Below are positions 6,907 through 16,846 of a stretch of DNA of 64,000 nucleotides, piece after piece (the stretch's first letter is position 1; each line of letters starts with the position of its first letter). Below the pieces are notes generated by a model. That model made no database searches, was not told the DNA's origin, and saw only the letters and a list, made by a program, of their open reading frames with translations. The stretch lies in the sequence record NC_061448.1, one strand, 5' to 3'. The position numbers and the translations under genes were made by a program.

Positions 6907-9780
6907 TTACTCCTCAATCTCGTCAGGTTCCCAGCACAGGATAGGTCTACGCCACACTTGGAATACGCCTTGAGGACTCGCAAGCCCATCGAAGCAATCC
7001 ATAGTTGTACCGCCACTGTTTCCGCTTTTCATCAACGTCTGTAGGTCTGCGTACCAAGAAGCACGGCCACCAGAGTCTGCTTCGAACAGTCCTTCCCACA
7101 CCATGTCGAAAGCACCTTTCCATGCGTTGAAGTGATGCGAAGAATACGCACCGTCTTCGGTAGTACACAGCACCATGTACTGATAATCTTTTACGCACGG
7201 TATCATGTAGTTGTTACCGCGAGGCATTGTCGTACTGTTACCGTTGTAGATACACTCCCAACCAGTACGGTCTGATGCGCCTGTCGTCATGAACAGAGGA
7301 CGACGAATGATCATCATAATCCCGTTCTCGGTACCGTGGTTGTTCGACTTCTGACAGAATGCGTTGTGGCGCAATGAACGGTCAGTCGTGAACGTCGTCG
7401 AGTTCGAGAAGTCACGGGTATAATAGTTAGCTCCCCACTTAGGCAGGTACTCAGTTGGCGGTACGAAGAAGTGACGTTCAGCAAGTTCAATCTCACCGTA
7501 ACGGTCATATGCAAACACGATGTACTCATAGCCTGCTGCGATCTGAATGTTATGGCCTTGGGTGCCTACGCCATTCCACTTCCACACAACCTGCCAATCG
7601 TTCGAGTCACGCGTTGCTTCTTCGGTAATGAGCTGATACTTACGCTCATAGATGTGCCACACTTTCCCTTCTTCTGTGGTGTTGATATACAGCGAGTTCG
7701 GGTCGTTGATGTTCCCGTTCTCGGTACCGCAGTAAATCTTATGCGATGCACCAGCAGAGTTATAGATAGTGCCTGACCCGATTGAACCGAACATGTCCCA
7801 GTTCATCATCAGGTGCGAGGTACACATTTCGTTCTGACCACTACCATCCGATGTTGTAATCAGATATTCGCAGAGGTCTTTGAACGGGTACTTAACGTAG
7901 CGGTTGTTCGCTTTGTTGACAACGTGTACCCAGTCGTGCGATTGAATCTTCGGCACAGGGAAGCAAGGGTTAGTAACAGAGACAACGAAGGTCTTTGTCT
8001 CGTACATAGGCAGCTTCTTGAAACGATTATCTCTGATCGTGACGTTATGCTGCATACCCATTGTCGAAGCACCGTCTTGACTGCCCAGAACTTTGTAGTA
8101 GCGCAATTGACTGCTCTTGGTGTTTTCGAACAGACCATTGAGCGCCATGCTCATGTTACCTTCACGGTCAGTGCCTGTAACGTATGGGAAGCCGTTCGTA
8201 TCGAAGTCATAACCAACAGAGAAGTAGCTGTCAGTATCAGACGACTTAGCGCCACGGTACATTTCGTTCCACGCGTTACCTTCACCGATACCGGGTTCAC
8301 CGAACAGTGAGTAAGCAGCACGGTAAACATATTGCGAACCAGCATACACACGACGAGAAGCACCGATGCGATACATCGCTTGAGGCAAGCCACCTTGAAG
8401 TCGGTTAACGTCGGCAGTATCGTAGGACACAACGTAGACGTAATGGTCGGAACCAATCGAGTTCAAGAATGCAGCGCACGCCTGAGCATTCGCTACGCCT
8501 GGGTTAGTACCCTCGGCAGATGCGTGAATGTCGAAGCGTTGACGTTCCACCAGCGCAAGGTCGGACTTACGAATCTTATAAACGTTCCAGCCACGTTGGT
8601 CTGTGTAACGAGTACCGTTGAAGATTGTATAGCCGGTGTCACCTGTGTCGAGATAGCGCTGATAGCCCACAACGTGCGAGAAGATTCTGCTACGTGCTGC
8701 AAGTGACTGCGCATTCTCATTCGACCAAGTGACTGACACATCACCTGCTGCCATACGTGCTGCCCAATCATCAGGCTTGTACGGATAGGTGGTAACGTCG
8801 AAGTCTACCTGATATGCAGAGCCGGGTTCAACGCAACACTTGTCTTTGTAGATGACAGGTGGGTCGATGATAACGTCATCAGGAATATCAACTTGTCCGC
8901 AGTAGAATTGCTTCCACGTTCCGGGCTGACCGCCAATAGAGCCAGGTCCTGCTTGAGTTGTTCCTGTGAACTGATACGCAGCAGCTAGATGGTACGTCTG
9001 CTGGTTGTGCAACTGAGGCACGTTCGTCCAGCTAATGTGATTGCCAAACGTGTTAATGCTTTTGGTCTTCGCGTTAGGCGTAGCGACAACATACGCTTGT
9101 CCGTTACTGCGAATACCGAGCGGGTTGAAGATTGCATTGAAGTTAACGTTCCCTTCGTATGCACCCTTCTGCAATACAATCAGGTTCACACCGTTACGAT
9201 GCGCTTCACGTAAAGCAGTAAGCATCGCAGTAGGCATACTCTGGTTAGTCGCAGAAAGCAGCAACATCACCGAGCTGAACTGTTTGAAATACTTGTAGGT
9301 GCCGTCATAGCCGTAAGCACCTGCGTTAATCTCCTGCCAGCTATGCGCAAGCATGTCGAGAGGGATGCGCTGCATGTAGCTAACAAGCTGTCCCCACGAT
9401 TCCATTGCAGCATCGTCATTCACCGGCGCAAGGTCAGAGATGACAAGCATCGTACTGCCGAGAGTAACGTTCGAGTTATAGCCGCGTTGCGTAAGCAGAT
9501 GACGCAGCACACCCATGTTGTTGATGTTCTTGTTTCGGTAGTTACCCAGCCAACCGTAGTTGCCGTCAACCATAGGGCTACCGTCACGGACAAAGCGACC
9601 GTTCATATAGACAGCACCAAAGCCGCACACGAACGCTTGAGCATGACCATCAACTACAAACGAAGTGAAGCGTGTACCGTCAACGGCCATAGCATCTACG
9701 CTTGCTTGGGAGCCATCACCTGGGCTTCCACTAAATACGGGAGTAATGCCTCTCGCATATAAGCAACTTTGTTGCAGCAT
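6907..9780 (-). CDS. Large fibre/receptor-binding protein with ILEI/PANDER (GG-type lectin) domain (957 aa)
   Basis: GWNVY...RFDI...AAFLNSI...VYVVSYD...MYRIGAS...YRAAYSLFGEPG.GEG..WNE matches the ILEI pattern (about 8260..8610). Confidence 0.7.
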   Translation of the reverse strand: MLQQSCLYARGITPVFSGSPGDGSQASVDAMAVDGTRFTSFVVDGHAQAFVCGFGAVYMNGRFVRDGSPMVDGNYGWLGNYRNKNINNMGVLRHLLTQRGYNSNVTLGSTMLVISDLAPVNDDAAMESWGQLVSYMQRIPLDMLAHSWQEINAGAYGYDGTYKYFKQFSSVMLLLSATNQSMPTAMLTALREAHRNGVNLIVLQKGAYEGNVNFNAIFNPLGIRSNGQAYVVATPNAKTKSINTFGNHISWTNVPQLHNQQTYHLAAAYQFTGTTQAGPGSIGGQPGTWKQFYCGQVDIPDDVIIDPPVIYKDKCCVEPGSAYQVDFDVTTYPYKPDDWAARMAAGDVSVTWSNENAQSLAARSRIFSHVVGYQRYLDTGDTGYTIFNGTRYTDQRGWNVYKIRKSDLALVERQRFDIHASAEGTNPGVANAQACAAFLNSIGSDHYVYVVSYDTADVNRLQGGLPQAMYRIGASRRVYAGSQYVYRAAYSLFGEPGIGEGNAWNEMYRGAKSSDTDSYFSVGYDFDTNGFPYVTGTDREGNMSMALNGLFENTKSSQLRYYKVLGSQDGASTMGMQHNVTIRDNRFKKLPMYETKTFVVSVTNPCFPVPKIQSHDWVHVVNKANNRYVKYPFKDLCEYLITTSDGSGQNEMCTSHLMMNWDMFGSIGSGTIYNSAGASHKIYCGTENGNINDPNSLYINTTEEGKVWHIYERKYQLITEEATRDSNDWQVVWKWNGVGTQGHNIQIAAGYEYIVFAYDRYGEIELAERHFFVPPTEYLPKWGANYYTRDFSNSTTFTTDRSLRHNAFCQKSNNHGTENGIMMIIRRPLFMTTGASDRTGWECIYNGNSTTMPRGNNYMIPCVKDYQYMVLCTTEDGAYSSHHFNAWKGAFDMVWEGLFEADSGGRASWYADLQTLMKSGNSGGTTMDCFDGLASPQGVFQVWRRPILCWEPDEIEE

Positions 9781-9800
9781 GTTATGTCCTTAGATCGATA

Positions 9801-9822
9801 AGAGGGGCCGAAGCCCCTTCTT
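9801..9822 (-). terminator. Intrinsic terminator with UUCG loop
   Basis: Minus strand AGGGGC-UUCG-GCCCCU then CUUAU, right after the 672-aa gene. Confidence 0.75.
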
Positions 9823-9823
9823 G

Positions 9824-11842
9824 TTATGCAAAGACCACGTTCGTGATTGCAATGTAATCCATGTTGATACCATCGCCACGGTCCCAGCCAGAACTAACGT
9901 ACAGCCAAATCTCTTCACCTGCCGGAACGTTTACCGGTATAGTGTAGGTCTGAATAGCTGTGTTGTTCAGCGGGTGGAATACAGCAGATGGGTTAGAGCG
10001 TTCGTACCAGTCGAGGCCACTATGCCATGAACCTTGTTTGCCGCTGTAGCGAATATCAACAGTGATTTGAGTGATGCGACGAGTGAAGAAGTTGTTCCAC
10101 TTGAACCAGCCTTTAGAGCCACCCCAGAGAACACCGTAGTCACCATCAGCAGCACGGACTTGCGACCAGAAGTCACCGAAGCCACGACCGCCAGTGTGTT
10201 CAATCTGATAGCAGTACCACGGGAACGGGTCTGCTTCTGGAGGCTGCGCATTGCCGCCTTCGATTGTCACACAACGATATGGAACAGTGAAGTCACTCAC
10301 ATTGATATGTGGAGGCTGAATCGGACAGTACACATAGTACGACCAATCACATCCGATAGGTGCTGTCACGCGAACTGTGATGTTAGCGCGAAGCACATGC
10401 TCAGGGTATTTCCAAAATTCGAGTGTACCAGTTTTCCCTGCTGCAACGATAGACGTATCAAGCAGAGTCATGTTCTGGTCGAACACTTCGAACTTGGTAT
10501 CAAACGAGTTCGCTACACAAACAACAAGCTCGGCGCGAATATCCGTTTGAGTTCCTAATGCAAAATTATCTTCTGTGGTTGGATGACCGGCAGAGTACAC
10601 GCTGTAGCTCTGGCATGGGTGCATGTATTCACGCGCTCCACGTTCACCTGGGCAGTAGAGACTATAGAAGCAACTCGCAAGCGATGCGGCATTGCCGAAG
10701 TCTTTACTGACCACACGCACCATAATGTCACACGCAACGCCTTTAGGGTCAAAGTAGAAATACAGATAACCCTCGCCGGTCTTAGCATCAAGCGTTGTAG
10801 CGATACGTTGCCCGCCTTGGTAGACCTCAATGAAGTCGAACGTTTCCCATGACGTGTAATCGAGATACATCCAGCCTGCAATCCAACCGATGAAGTGATA
10901 GTATTCAAAGGCGTTAGCGTTCTGAATACGTTCAGTGATAGGCCAGACTGTAGCGTGACACGGTGCAGGGAAGATTGGGCTGCCGATATAATCAGGGTGA
11001 ATGACGTCAGGGAAGTTGATAACGTCGTATGCAGCTTGACTATCGAGCGCTAATCCACCACGGTCAGATGGTGCAGCAAGACGAGGCGGATATACTTCGA
11101 GACTCCAGCCATACCCTTGCGTTGTACGCACACGCACCATGATACGCATATCAGACGCGTCAGGGTCGAACTGGAATTTGATTCGAGAACGTCCTGCCAG
11201 TTTGCCACACGTTGAAGCAACACGCGCACCCATGTGATACACATCGACGCTTGCACCGCCGGGCGCATACGACGCAATCATCAGCTCGACATAACCTTCG
11301 ATAGCTGGCATTGCATAGTACGTTTCGGTGATAACAGCACCACGTCCGTGAACAGACGCATACGGTACGTTAGGGTTAGCGTAAGTGCCTAATCCTGCGC
11401 GAGAAGCAACCCCAGTAGGGTCGTAGGATTCGATGGCCTTGATGCCGGGTCTGTTGATAGATCGACCAGTAGGAGGAGCGAAAGAGTTAACAAGACCGAA
11501 GCCAGTGCGACCAGCATCAGGCAAGTCAAACCCCGCAGGATAGCCTGTAAGTATATCATACTTCTCACGGCCGCCACTCCCTATGCCATTGCCTGAGCCT
11601 TTGGTTGTTGACGTAGGACCGCCACCACACGCGCCCGTTTCGAGATTCGAACACGGGTCATCGTATGTGGGGTCAAACGAGTCATCAATGAGATGCCAAC
11701 GCTTGCCCCACTGGTTACGCACACTAAACTTCTCTGGAGTTAAAGGCGTCCAGTCTCCCTGTTGTGTGCGTATGAACATGGGCGTGTCCACACAGTCATG
11801 CCAACCGTTATTCGCAGCATTACGAACGCGAAAACGAGACAT
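9824..11842 (-). CDS. Virion fibre-tip/adhesin-like protein with three repeated beta-sandwich domains (672 aa)
   Basis: Three repeats of about 80 aa ending I.VRV.......W/FS...Y(C)P. Confidence 0.65.
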   Translation of the reverse strand: MSRFRVRNAANNGWHDCVDTPMFIRTQQGDWTPLTPEKFSVRNQWGKRWHLIDDSFDPTYDDPCSNLETGACGGGPTSTTKGSGNGIGSGGREKYDILTGYPAGFDLPDAGRTGFGLVNSFAPPTGRSINRPGIKAIESYDPTGVASRAGLGTYANPNVPYASVHGRGAVITETYYAMPAIEGYVELMIASYAPGGASVDVYHMGARVASTCGKLAGRSRIKFQFDPDASDMRIMVRVRTTQGYGWSLEVYPPRLAAPSDRGGLALDSQAAYDVINFPDVIHPDYIGSPIFPAPCHATVWPITERIQNANAFEYYHFIGWIAGWMYLDYTSWETFDFIEVYQGGQRIATTLDAKTGEGYLYFYFDPKGVACDIMVRVVSKDFGNAASLASCFYSLYCPGERGAREYMHPCQSYSVYSAGHPTTEDNFALGTQTDIRAELVVCVANSFDTKFEVFDQNMTLLDTSIVAAGKTGTLEFWKYPEHVLRANITVRVTAPIGCDWSYYVYCPIQPPHINVSDFTVPYRCVTIEGGNAQPPEADPFPWYCYQIEHTGGRGFGDFWSQVRAADGDYGVLWGGSKGWFKWNNFFTRRITQITVDIRYSGKQGSWHSGLDWYERSNPSAVFHPLNNTAIQTYTIPVNVPAGEEIWLYVSSGWDRGDGINMDYIAITNVVFA

Positions 11843-11851
11843 GCTTTCTCC

Positions 11852-12343
11852 TTACGGTCGAACCCAGATTGCGCCGGGTGCGATTTCCTGATCGATAGCA
11901 GGGTCGGTGTCTTGCACGAAGACTTGTACTGTGCCTGGGTTACCCGGAGCACCTGTAGGACCAGTCGGACCTGTAGGGCCAGCAGGTCCACGATTGCCTA
12001 CGTAACCCTGTTTGCCTTGCTGACCATCAGTACCACGAGGGCCAGGGCAACCGTCTGTGCCTCGACGACCATCAGTACCCATCAGACCGTCAATACCATC
12101 ACGACCAGCAGGACCAACGCCACCAGCAGGACCGTAGCCGATGCTGTGAATAGTAGGCAGACCCGCGATTTGCAGCTTGCCGATATTAGGGATATTGATT
12201 GCCAACACACCAGTAAGCGCATCGAACGCACCGTTTAGAGTGCTATCGTCTTCTGACGTGTCAACAGTAATACCACCTTGTGTCGCTACGACAGGACCAG
12301 AAGCATTAGCCCCGACGAGCGATATATCAACCTTCGATACCAT
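11852..12343 (-). CDS. Collagen-like fibre protein (163 aa)
   Basis: 23 Gly-X-Y triplets; FDALTGVL...GLPT N-motif; VQDTDP...GAIWV C-motif. Confidence 0.85.
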   Translation of the reverse strand: MVSKVDISLVGANASGPVVATQGGITVDTSEDDSTLNGAFDALTGVLAINIPNIGKLQIAGLPTIHSIGYGPAGGVGPAGRDGIDGLMGTDGRRGTDGCPGPRGTDGQQGKQGYVGNRGPAGPTGPTGPTGAPGNPGTVQVFVQDTDPAIDQEIAPGAIWVRP

Positions 12344-12352
12344 GATTACTCC

Positions 12353-12985
12353 TTACGGCCAGGTTGTGCCTTGATCTTTTGTAGGGTCTACCCAGATAGT
12401 TCCGGCTGCAACGTTGCCCGGTTGGGTAGCACTTACGATGATAGACAGACGACCAGCAGGACCCGCTGCACCAGTAGGACCGGTAGGGCCTGTAGCACCA
12501 GTTGCGCCAGTAGGACCCGTGCCACCACGAGGGCCAGTAGGACCGGTAGGCCCCATAGGACCCGTGCGACCATCTGGGCCAGTAGGACCAACAGGACCAG
12601 GCAGACCATCACGTCCATCAGGACCCGGTAGACCTTGCTCACCGTCAGGCCCCACTTCGCCGTCACACCCAGGCTCACCCGGATTACCATCTCGTCCATC
12701 ACGACCGTCTTTACCGTCAGCGCCTGTCTCACCTCTGCCGCCTTGACGGCCTTCTGGAATATCAGACGCTGTGGGGAAGCCGCCGACTTTTACTGTCTCA
12801 CCGTTAGCGAACTTGAGAGTAAGAATACCCGAAGTCGCATCGAACGATGAATCAGCAGTAAGCTCTGCGGGTACGTCAGAATCAGCGGGGTCTATAGCAA
12901 GCACACCAGACTGAGCGCGAATCGCAGTAGCGGTAGTCGTAGAGCCAGCCTGAATGAGACCGGTCTTAACTTTAATCAGACTCAT
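12353..12985 (-). CDS. Collagen-like fibre protein (210 aa)
   Basis: 34 Gly-X-Y triplets; FDATSGIL...GFPT; VSATQP...GTIWV. Confidence 0.85.
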   Translation of the reverse strand: MSLIKVKTGLIQAGSTTTATAIRAQSGVLAIDPADSDVPAELTADSSFDATSGILTLKFANGETVKVGGFPTASDIPEGRQGGRGETGADGKDGRDGRDGNPGEPGCDGEVGPDGEQGLPGPDGRDGLPGPVGPTGPDGRTGPMGPTGPTGPRGGTGPTGATGATGPTGPTGAAGPAGRLSIIVSATQPGNVAAGTIWVDPTKDQGTTWP

Positions 12986-14427
12986 TACTTTTTCTCCGCT
13001 TTCGCAACAATATCCGTGTTGTGTACGAGCACATCACCAACGAAGTAGCAGTCAAATGGATCGACGTCAATATCGACTGTCTTCACATGAGCATCGACGC
13101 GGCGGAACTCGTAAATTGACACAGCTCCTTTGCGGCCTAAAACAGTTTGTCCTGCTTGAACATCACGCGCAGGAACATAGCGCCACACGCTGTCATCGTA
13201 AATCAAGACAGGGTGTTCGTGCGTGAACTTCTGACCGTTGATAACGAAGTAATGATCTTCTTCACCGTATTTAAGAGCAGTCACAGTAGCGTTTACCAGA
13301 TTGCCTTTCAGACTTTGAGAAGACCACTGACGGAAGTTCTTCGGTTGATTAGAGAAGCCAAGCAGACTATCGCCGACGCGCACGTCTTCGACAGCTTTAG
13401 GCCCTGTAATCGTTTCTACCTCAGAACCAAACACGATACAACCAGAAGTTGAAGTGTTCGTAGGGTTACGTGCTACGACTGTCAGAGCAGAACTCACAGT
13501 GACAGTTGGACGTGACGTTTGCCCCATGTCAGTTACTACGCAACGGATAGTGCCTTTGATTGTACGGTCCGCACCGAGCCCAAGACGCAGATAGAAGTTA
13601 ACGATACACGTTGAGGATGTTGTAGCATCGAGCGTTACACCCTCAGTAGTTGTGATAGACCACTGATACTTATAAGGGCCTACACCACCACGCGCGTTGA
13701 CAGGCAGATACGCAAGCGAAGTAAACACATCAGAACCCTGTACTGCACGTTGACCGACCATGTACAGACTTGATACTGACGCAGCAAGAGGTGTTATCGT
13801 AGGCAGAGGCGGAGCTGGGGTAACGTTGTTCGTCGGATATAACCAGACAAACACTTTACCATCTGTAGGCTGCGTACTCGACAGCACAGCAGTAGTGATA
13901 GGCGCTGGGCCTGTAGGACCTGTTGCGCCGGAGATACAGCTCGGTCCGTCGTTTCCGCGAGGGCCTATTGGACCCGTAGGACCATCAGGACCATCTGGCC
14001 CCGTAGGACCATCAGGACCCATTCGACCAGTATCGCCCGGAGGACCGTCTTCACCGTCGCGTCCGGGGTCACCGACAGGACCTGTCTTGCCTCTATTGCC
14101 AACCTTACCCTGACAGCCTTGACGACCTGTTTCGCCGTCACGACCATCTCGTCCATCACGACCGGGGGAACCCGGAGCGCCTCGACGCCCAGGCTTCCCT
14201 TCGCCAAACATAGCGACAGTCGGAAGTCCGGGAACGTTTACCACATCCCCGTTCTTCTTGATGAACACTAACACACCTGTCTTGCTGTTAAATCTTACGC
14301 TTGCGAGTTGTGTAAGAGCAGCAGTATCAGATGATTCAAACTGAGCGCTACCACCAACACCAACCAGCGACTTACCTTCATCGTTGGCGGTTGTTTCGAT
14401 TTGCGAAAGTTTTAACTGTGTTGTCAT
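12985..14427 (-). CDS. Collagen-like fibre protein with C-terminal Hint (intein-like) domain (480 aa)
   Basis: 29+3 Gly-X-Y triplets, a beta domain, then C330...TxxH...LVHN470-T471. Confidence 0.85.
   Translation of the reverse strand: MTTQLKLSQIETTANDEGKSLVGVGGSAQFESSDTAALTQLASVRFNSKTGVLVFIKKNGDVVNVPGLPTVAMFGEGKPGRRGAPGSPGRDGRDGRDGETGRQGCQGKVGNRGKTGPVGDPGRDGEDGPPGDTGRMGPDGPTGPDGPDGPTGPIGPRGNDGPSCISGATGPTGPAPITTAVLSSTQPTDGKVFVWLYPTNNVTPAPPLPTITPLAASVSSLYMVGQRAVQGSDVFTSLAYLPVNARGGVGPYKYQWSITTTEGVTLDATTSSTCIVNFYLRLGLGADRTIKGTIRCVVTDMGQTSRPTVTVSSALTVVARNPTNTSTSGCIVFGSEVETITGPKAVEDVRVGDSLLGFSNQPKNFRQWSSQSLKGNLVNATVTALKYGEEDHYFVINGQKFTHEHPVLIYDDSVWRYVPARDVQAGQTVLGRKGAVSIYEFRRVDAHVKTVDIDVDPFDCYFVGDVLVHNTDIVAKAEKK
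13018..13440 (-). other. Hint / mini-intein domain (141 aa, no homing endonuclease)
   Basis: Block A CIVFGSEV, block B FTHEHP, block F VDIDV..FDCYF, block G LVHN followed by Thr. Confidence 0.85.
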
Positions 14428-16763
14428 TTCGGTTCAACCTTAATGCACAAGTTACCAGACAGCTTCGACCCATAGCTTGTGATCTGCGAATCAGTGATAC
14501 GCACCTTAGCTACAATGTCGATGAAGCCCTGAGGCTGGTTCTCAATGAGCACGGTATACATCTGCGTCAGGCTAACGTTTGAGTAAGCAATCACTTCTGT
14601 CAGACTTGCATCCGACGTGACGACGTTGAACCCTGCACTACCTGTACCCTTGAGTCCACGACCGTATTCAGCTTCGGCTGTGCCCGGAACTTTAAACGAC
14701 AGGACGTACTCGATATGCTCTTTACCGCTGGTGGCTGCAAAGCCTGGGCCCAGTTGACATTGGAAGTCAGCGATACACGTAAGCATAACACCCTTGGTAA
14801 AGTCGATGCGTTGAACGATAGTCAGTTCTTCCGAATCTTCTACTACCTGCTGGATGTTGTACATGTTCTTCGGATCAGCTTCTTCGGCGAGTGCCTGAGT
14901 GTTGCTAATCGTAATCTCAGGCCACGTACCTTTAATCTGAATACCTTCGCCCTGAATGATCTCAGGAGTAGCGATAGGCACGTCGATAGGAGGCAGACCC
15001 TGACGCTTGAACATGTAACCGGTCGGTGTAGGGATAGCATCAATGATGACACCATCAACTGAACTGTCTTTCGAACCCACAGCCATAACGTTCTCGAAGA
15101 TTGTGATCTCAACGAGTGTATCAGCAGGGATAGGCGAAAGCGTTTTCAGTGTGTTACCAGCAACCGTAAACTCTTGCGTGTGAACTGTCAGACCACTCAT
15201 TGCTACAATACAGTGCGACTTGCTCAGTGGTGTAGTCGGCAGAGTAAATGTATCAGCATCATAAGGCTGGCGATACTGAGCAACACGAATGCGAGTAGAC
15301 CAGTTGGCGCGTTCTTCATAGCGAGCTACATAGAATGTGTACTTCTGACCAGAAGGAATTGCTTCGGTCAGTGTGACGCTGTTACCGTTCGTGAGTTTGT
15401 ACACGGTGGTAGGCTGCCACGTAGAGCCGACAACACAGAACACCATGTCAACGCTATCAATCGGTTTGTTACCGAGTTTGAACAGAGCAGTCTGACCGTC
15501 ACCTACACCTTCGTATGTTTCGAACAGGACAACGTGACCTTGCGACGGTTCGATACGGAACTGACGCATATCAAGCTGCATACGCTGTTCAGGGTAAGAC
15601 GAAAGCAGAAGCTGATCGTCTACAACGCTATACGCAGTGCGCGGTTGAAGCACACCAGAAGTACCGAGCAGCAAGTCAGTCGAGCTATCGAGAATCTCGG
15701 ACAGCGTGTAACGTAACTTGTCAGGTGTTGCTGTAGTCACAACAGAACTAAACAGCATCTTGCCCGGAGGAACGAATAGCGTACCTTGTGTCTGACGTGT
15801 GCCACCAGCAACAGGTCCCCAATACGGCTGCAAGTCTTTACCACGATACAATGCCCATGCTTCTGGTACATCGTTATTCAGCGGCCACGGAATGCCAGCA
15901 GACGGAGTTGTTGGGTTAGTGATGCGTCGCCACACAGCAATCGAGGTCTGAGCACTAACGAAAGGAATCGCGCTGTCCATGTTGACAAGCTGACCGTTCG
16001 TGTACTTGAAGTGACGACAAGCACCAGCACCTGTGCCTGAGATTGTTTGAACAAGCACAATCTCGTTCGCTTTAAGACTGGTGATTGACGCAATCTTAAA
16101 GGTGTTCGCGTTGATAAATCCAGCAGCAGTAATCTGCCCGCTGAAAATACGGTCATGCTCACTGAAAGCCCAGTAATACGAACCTTGACCATAGCGATAC
16201 GCAGTGCCCGGAGAGCGTGTGCCGTCAGAGTTAACGTGCATGTCAAGGACAGACACAGCGTTGAACACGTTATCGTTCAAGCTCGGAAGGTTTTGCAGCG
16301 TTGCCACACTCGGTATTGAAGTGTAGTCGGCCATCTTAACAGCAAGAATCTTTTGAATGTCCTGCTGGATATGTACGAGAAGACTAACACGGCTGATAGA
16401 GTTCGGCACAGCGATGATAGGCTCTTCCAAGACAACGTGACCGAAAGGTCTGTTATCTGAGAGCATGATCAACAGCTCACCTACTCGTTTAAGCGTTTCA
16501 CCTTCAACGTATTTGACTTTAATATCAAAGACGAAGCGAGCGCTGTTCTCGGTAAGAACCTGAACATATGACAATGCGCCCGACGCAAGCTCGTTGCCAA
16601 GTAACTGCTCTGGAACCACTGATGGGTTTGAGCCTACAAAGTCACCTGCTTTGAATGCTACTGGGGATATTGCAAGTCCACCAGCATTCGCGTTCGCAAC
16701 GGCCTGTTCTCCCTGAGGCGTTAGACGCAGAGCGTTAACGTAGATAGATTCAGTGGCCATCAA
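14424..16763 (-). CDS. Baseplate-attached tail fibre / tail-collar protein (779 aa)
   Basis: N-terminus LTPQGEQAVANANAGGLAISPVAFKAGD resembles the phage tail-collar fibre N-domain; repeated GDG...F.L beta units; follows the wedge genes. Confidence 0.65.
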   Translation of the reverse strand: MMATESIYVNALRLTPQGEQAVANANAGGLAISPVAFKAGDFVGSNPSVVPEQLLGNELASGALSYVQVLTENSARFVFDIKVKYVEGETLKRVGELLIMLSDNRPFGHVVLEEPIIAVPNSISRVSLLVHIQQDIQKILAVKMADYTSIPSVATLQNLPSLNDNVFNAVSVLDMHVNSDGTRSPGTAYRYGQGSYYWAFSEHDRIFSGQITAAGFINANTFKIASITSLKANEIVLVQTISGTGAGACRHFKYTNGQLVNMDSAIPFVSAQTSIAVWRRITNPTTPSAGIPWPLNNDVPEAWALYRGKDLQPYWGPVAGGTRQTQGTLFVPPGKMLFSSVVTTATPDKLRYTLSEILDSSTDLLLGTSGVLQPRTAYSVVDDQLLLSSYPEQRMQLDMRQFRIEPSQGHVVLFETYEGVGDGQTALFKLGNKPIDSVDMVFCVVGSTWQPTTVYKLTNGNSVTLTEAIPSGQKYTFYVARYEERANWSTRIRVAQYRQPYDADTFTLPTTPLSKSHCIVAMSGLTVHTQEFTVAGNTLKTLSPIPADTLVEITIFENVMAVGSKDSSVDGVIIDAIPTPTGYMFKRQGLPPIDVPIATPEIIQGEGIQIKGTWPEITISNTQALAEEADPKNMYNIQQVVEDSEELTIVQRIDFTKGVMLTCIADFQCQLGPGFAATSGKEHIEYVLSFKVPGTAEAEYGRGLKGTGSAGFNVVTSDASLTEVIAYSNVSLTQMYTVLIENQPQGFIDIVAKVRITDSQITSYGSKLSGNLCIKVEPK

Positions 16764-16789
16764 AGAACTCCTTGGGTTTTAACTGTCAT

Positions 16790-16797
16790 AAATTAGC
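16790..16797 (-). promoter_or_regulatory. Candidate late promoter motif GCTAATTT
   Basis: Immediately after a terminator and 27 nt upstream of the 779-aa gene. Confidence 0.65.
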
Positions 16798-16804
16798 GTA
16801 AATG

Positions 16805-16843
16805 AAAAAGGGAGCCAGGAACATATAGCTCCGGACTCCCTTT
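16805..16843 (-). terminator. Intrinsic terminator
   Basis: Minus strand AAAGGGAGUC...GGCUCCCUUUUU after the 1511-aa gene. Confidence 0.75.
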
Positions 16844-16846
16844 ATT

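Noticed and set aside
13018-13440. Mobile intein with homing endonuclease
   Set aside because: Only 141 aa with no LAGLIDADG or HNH insert, so it is listed as a Hint domain rather than a mobile element.
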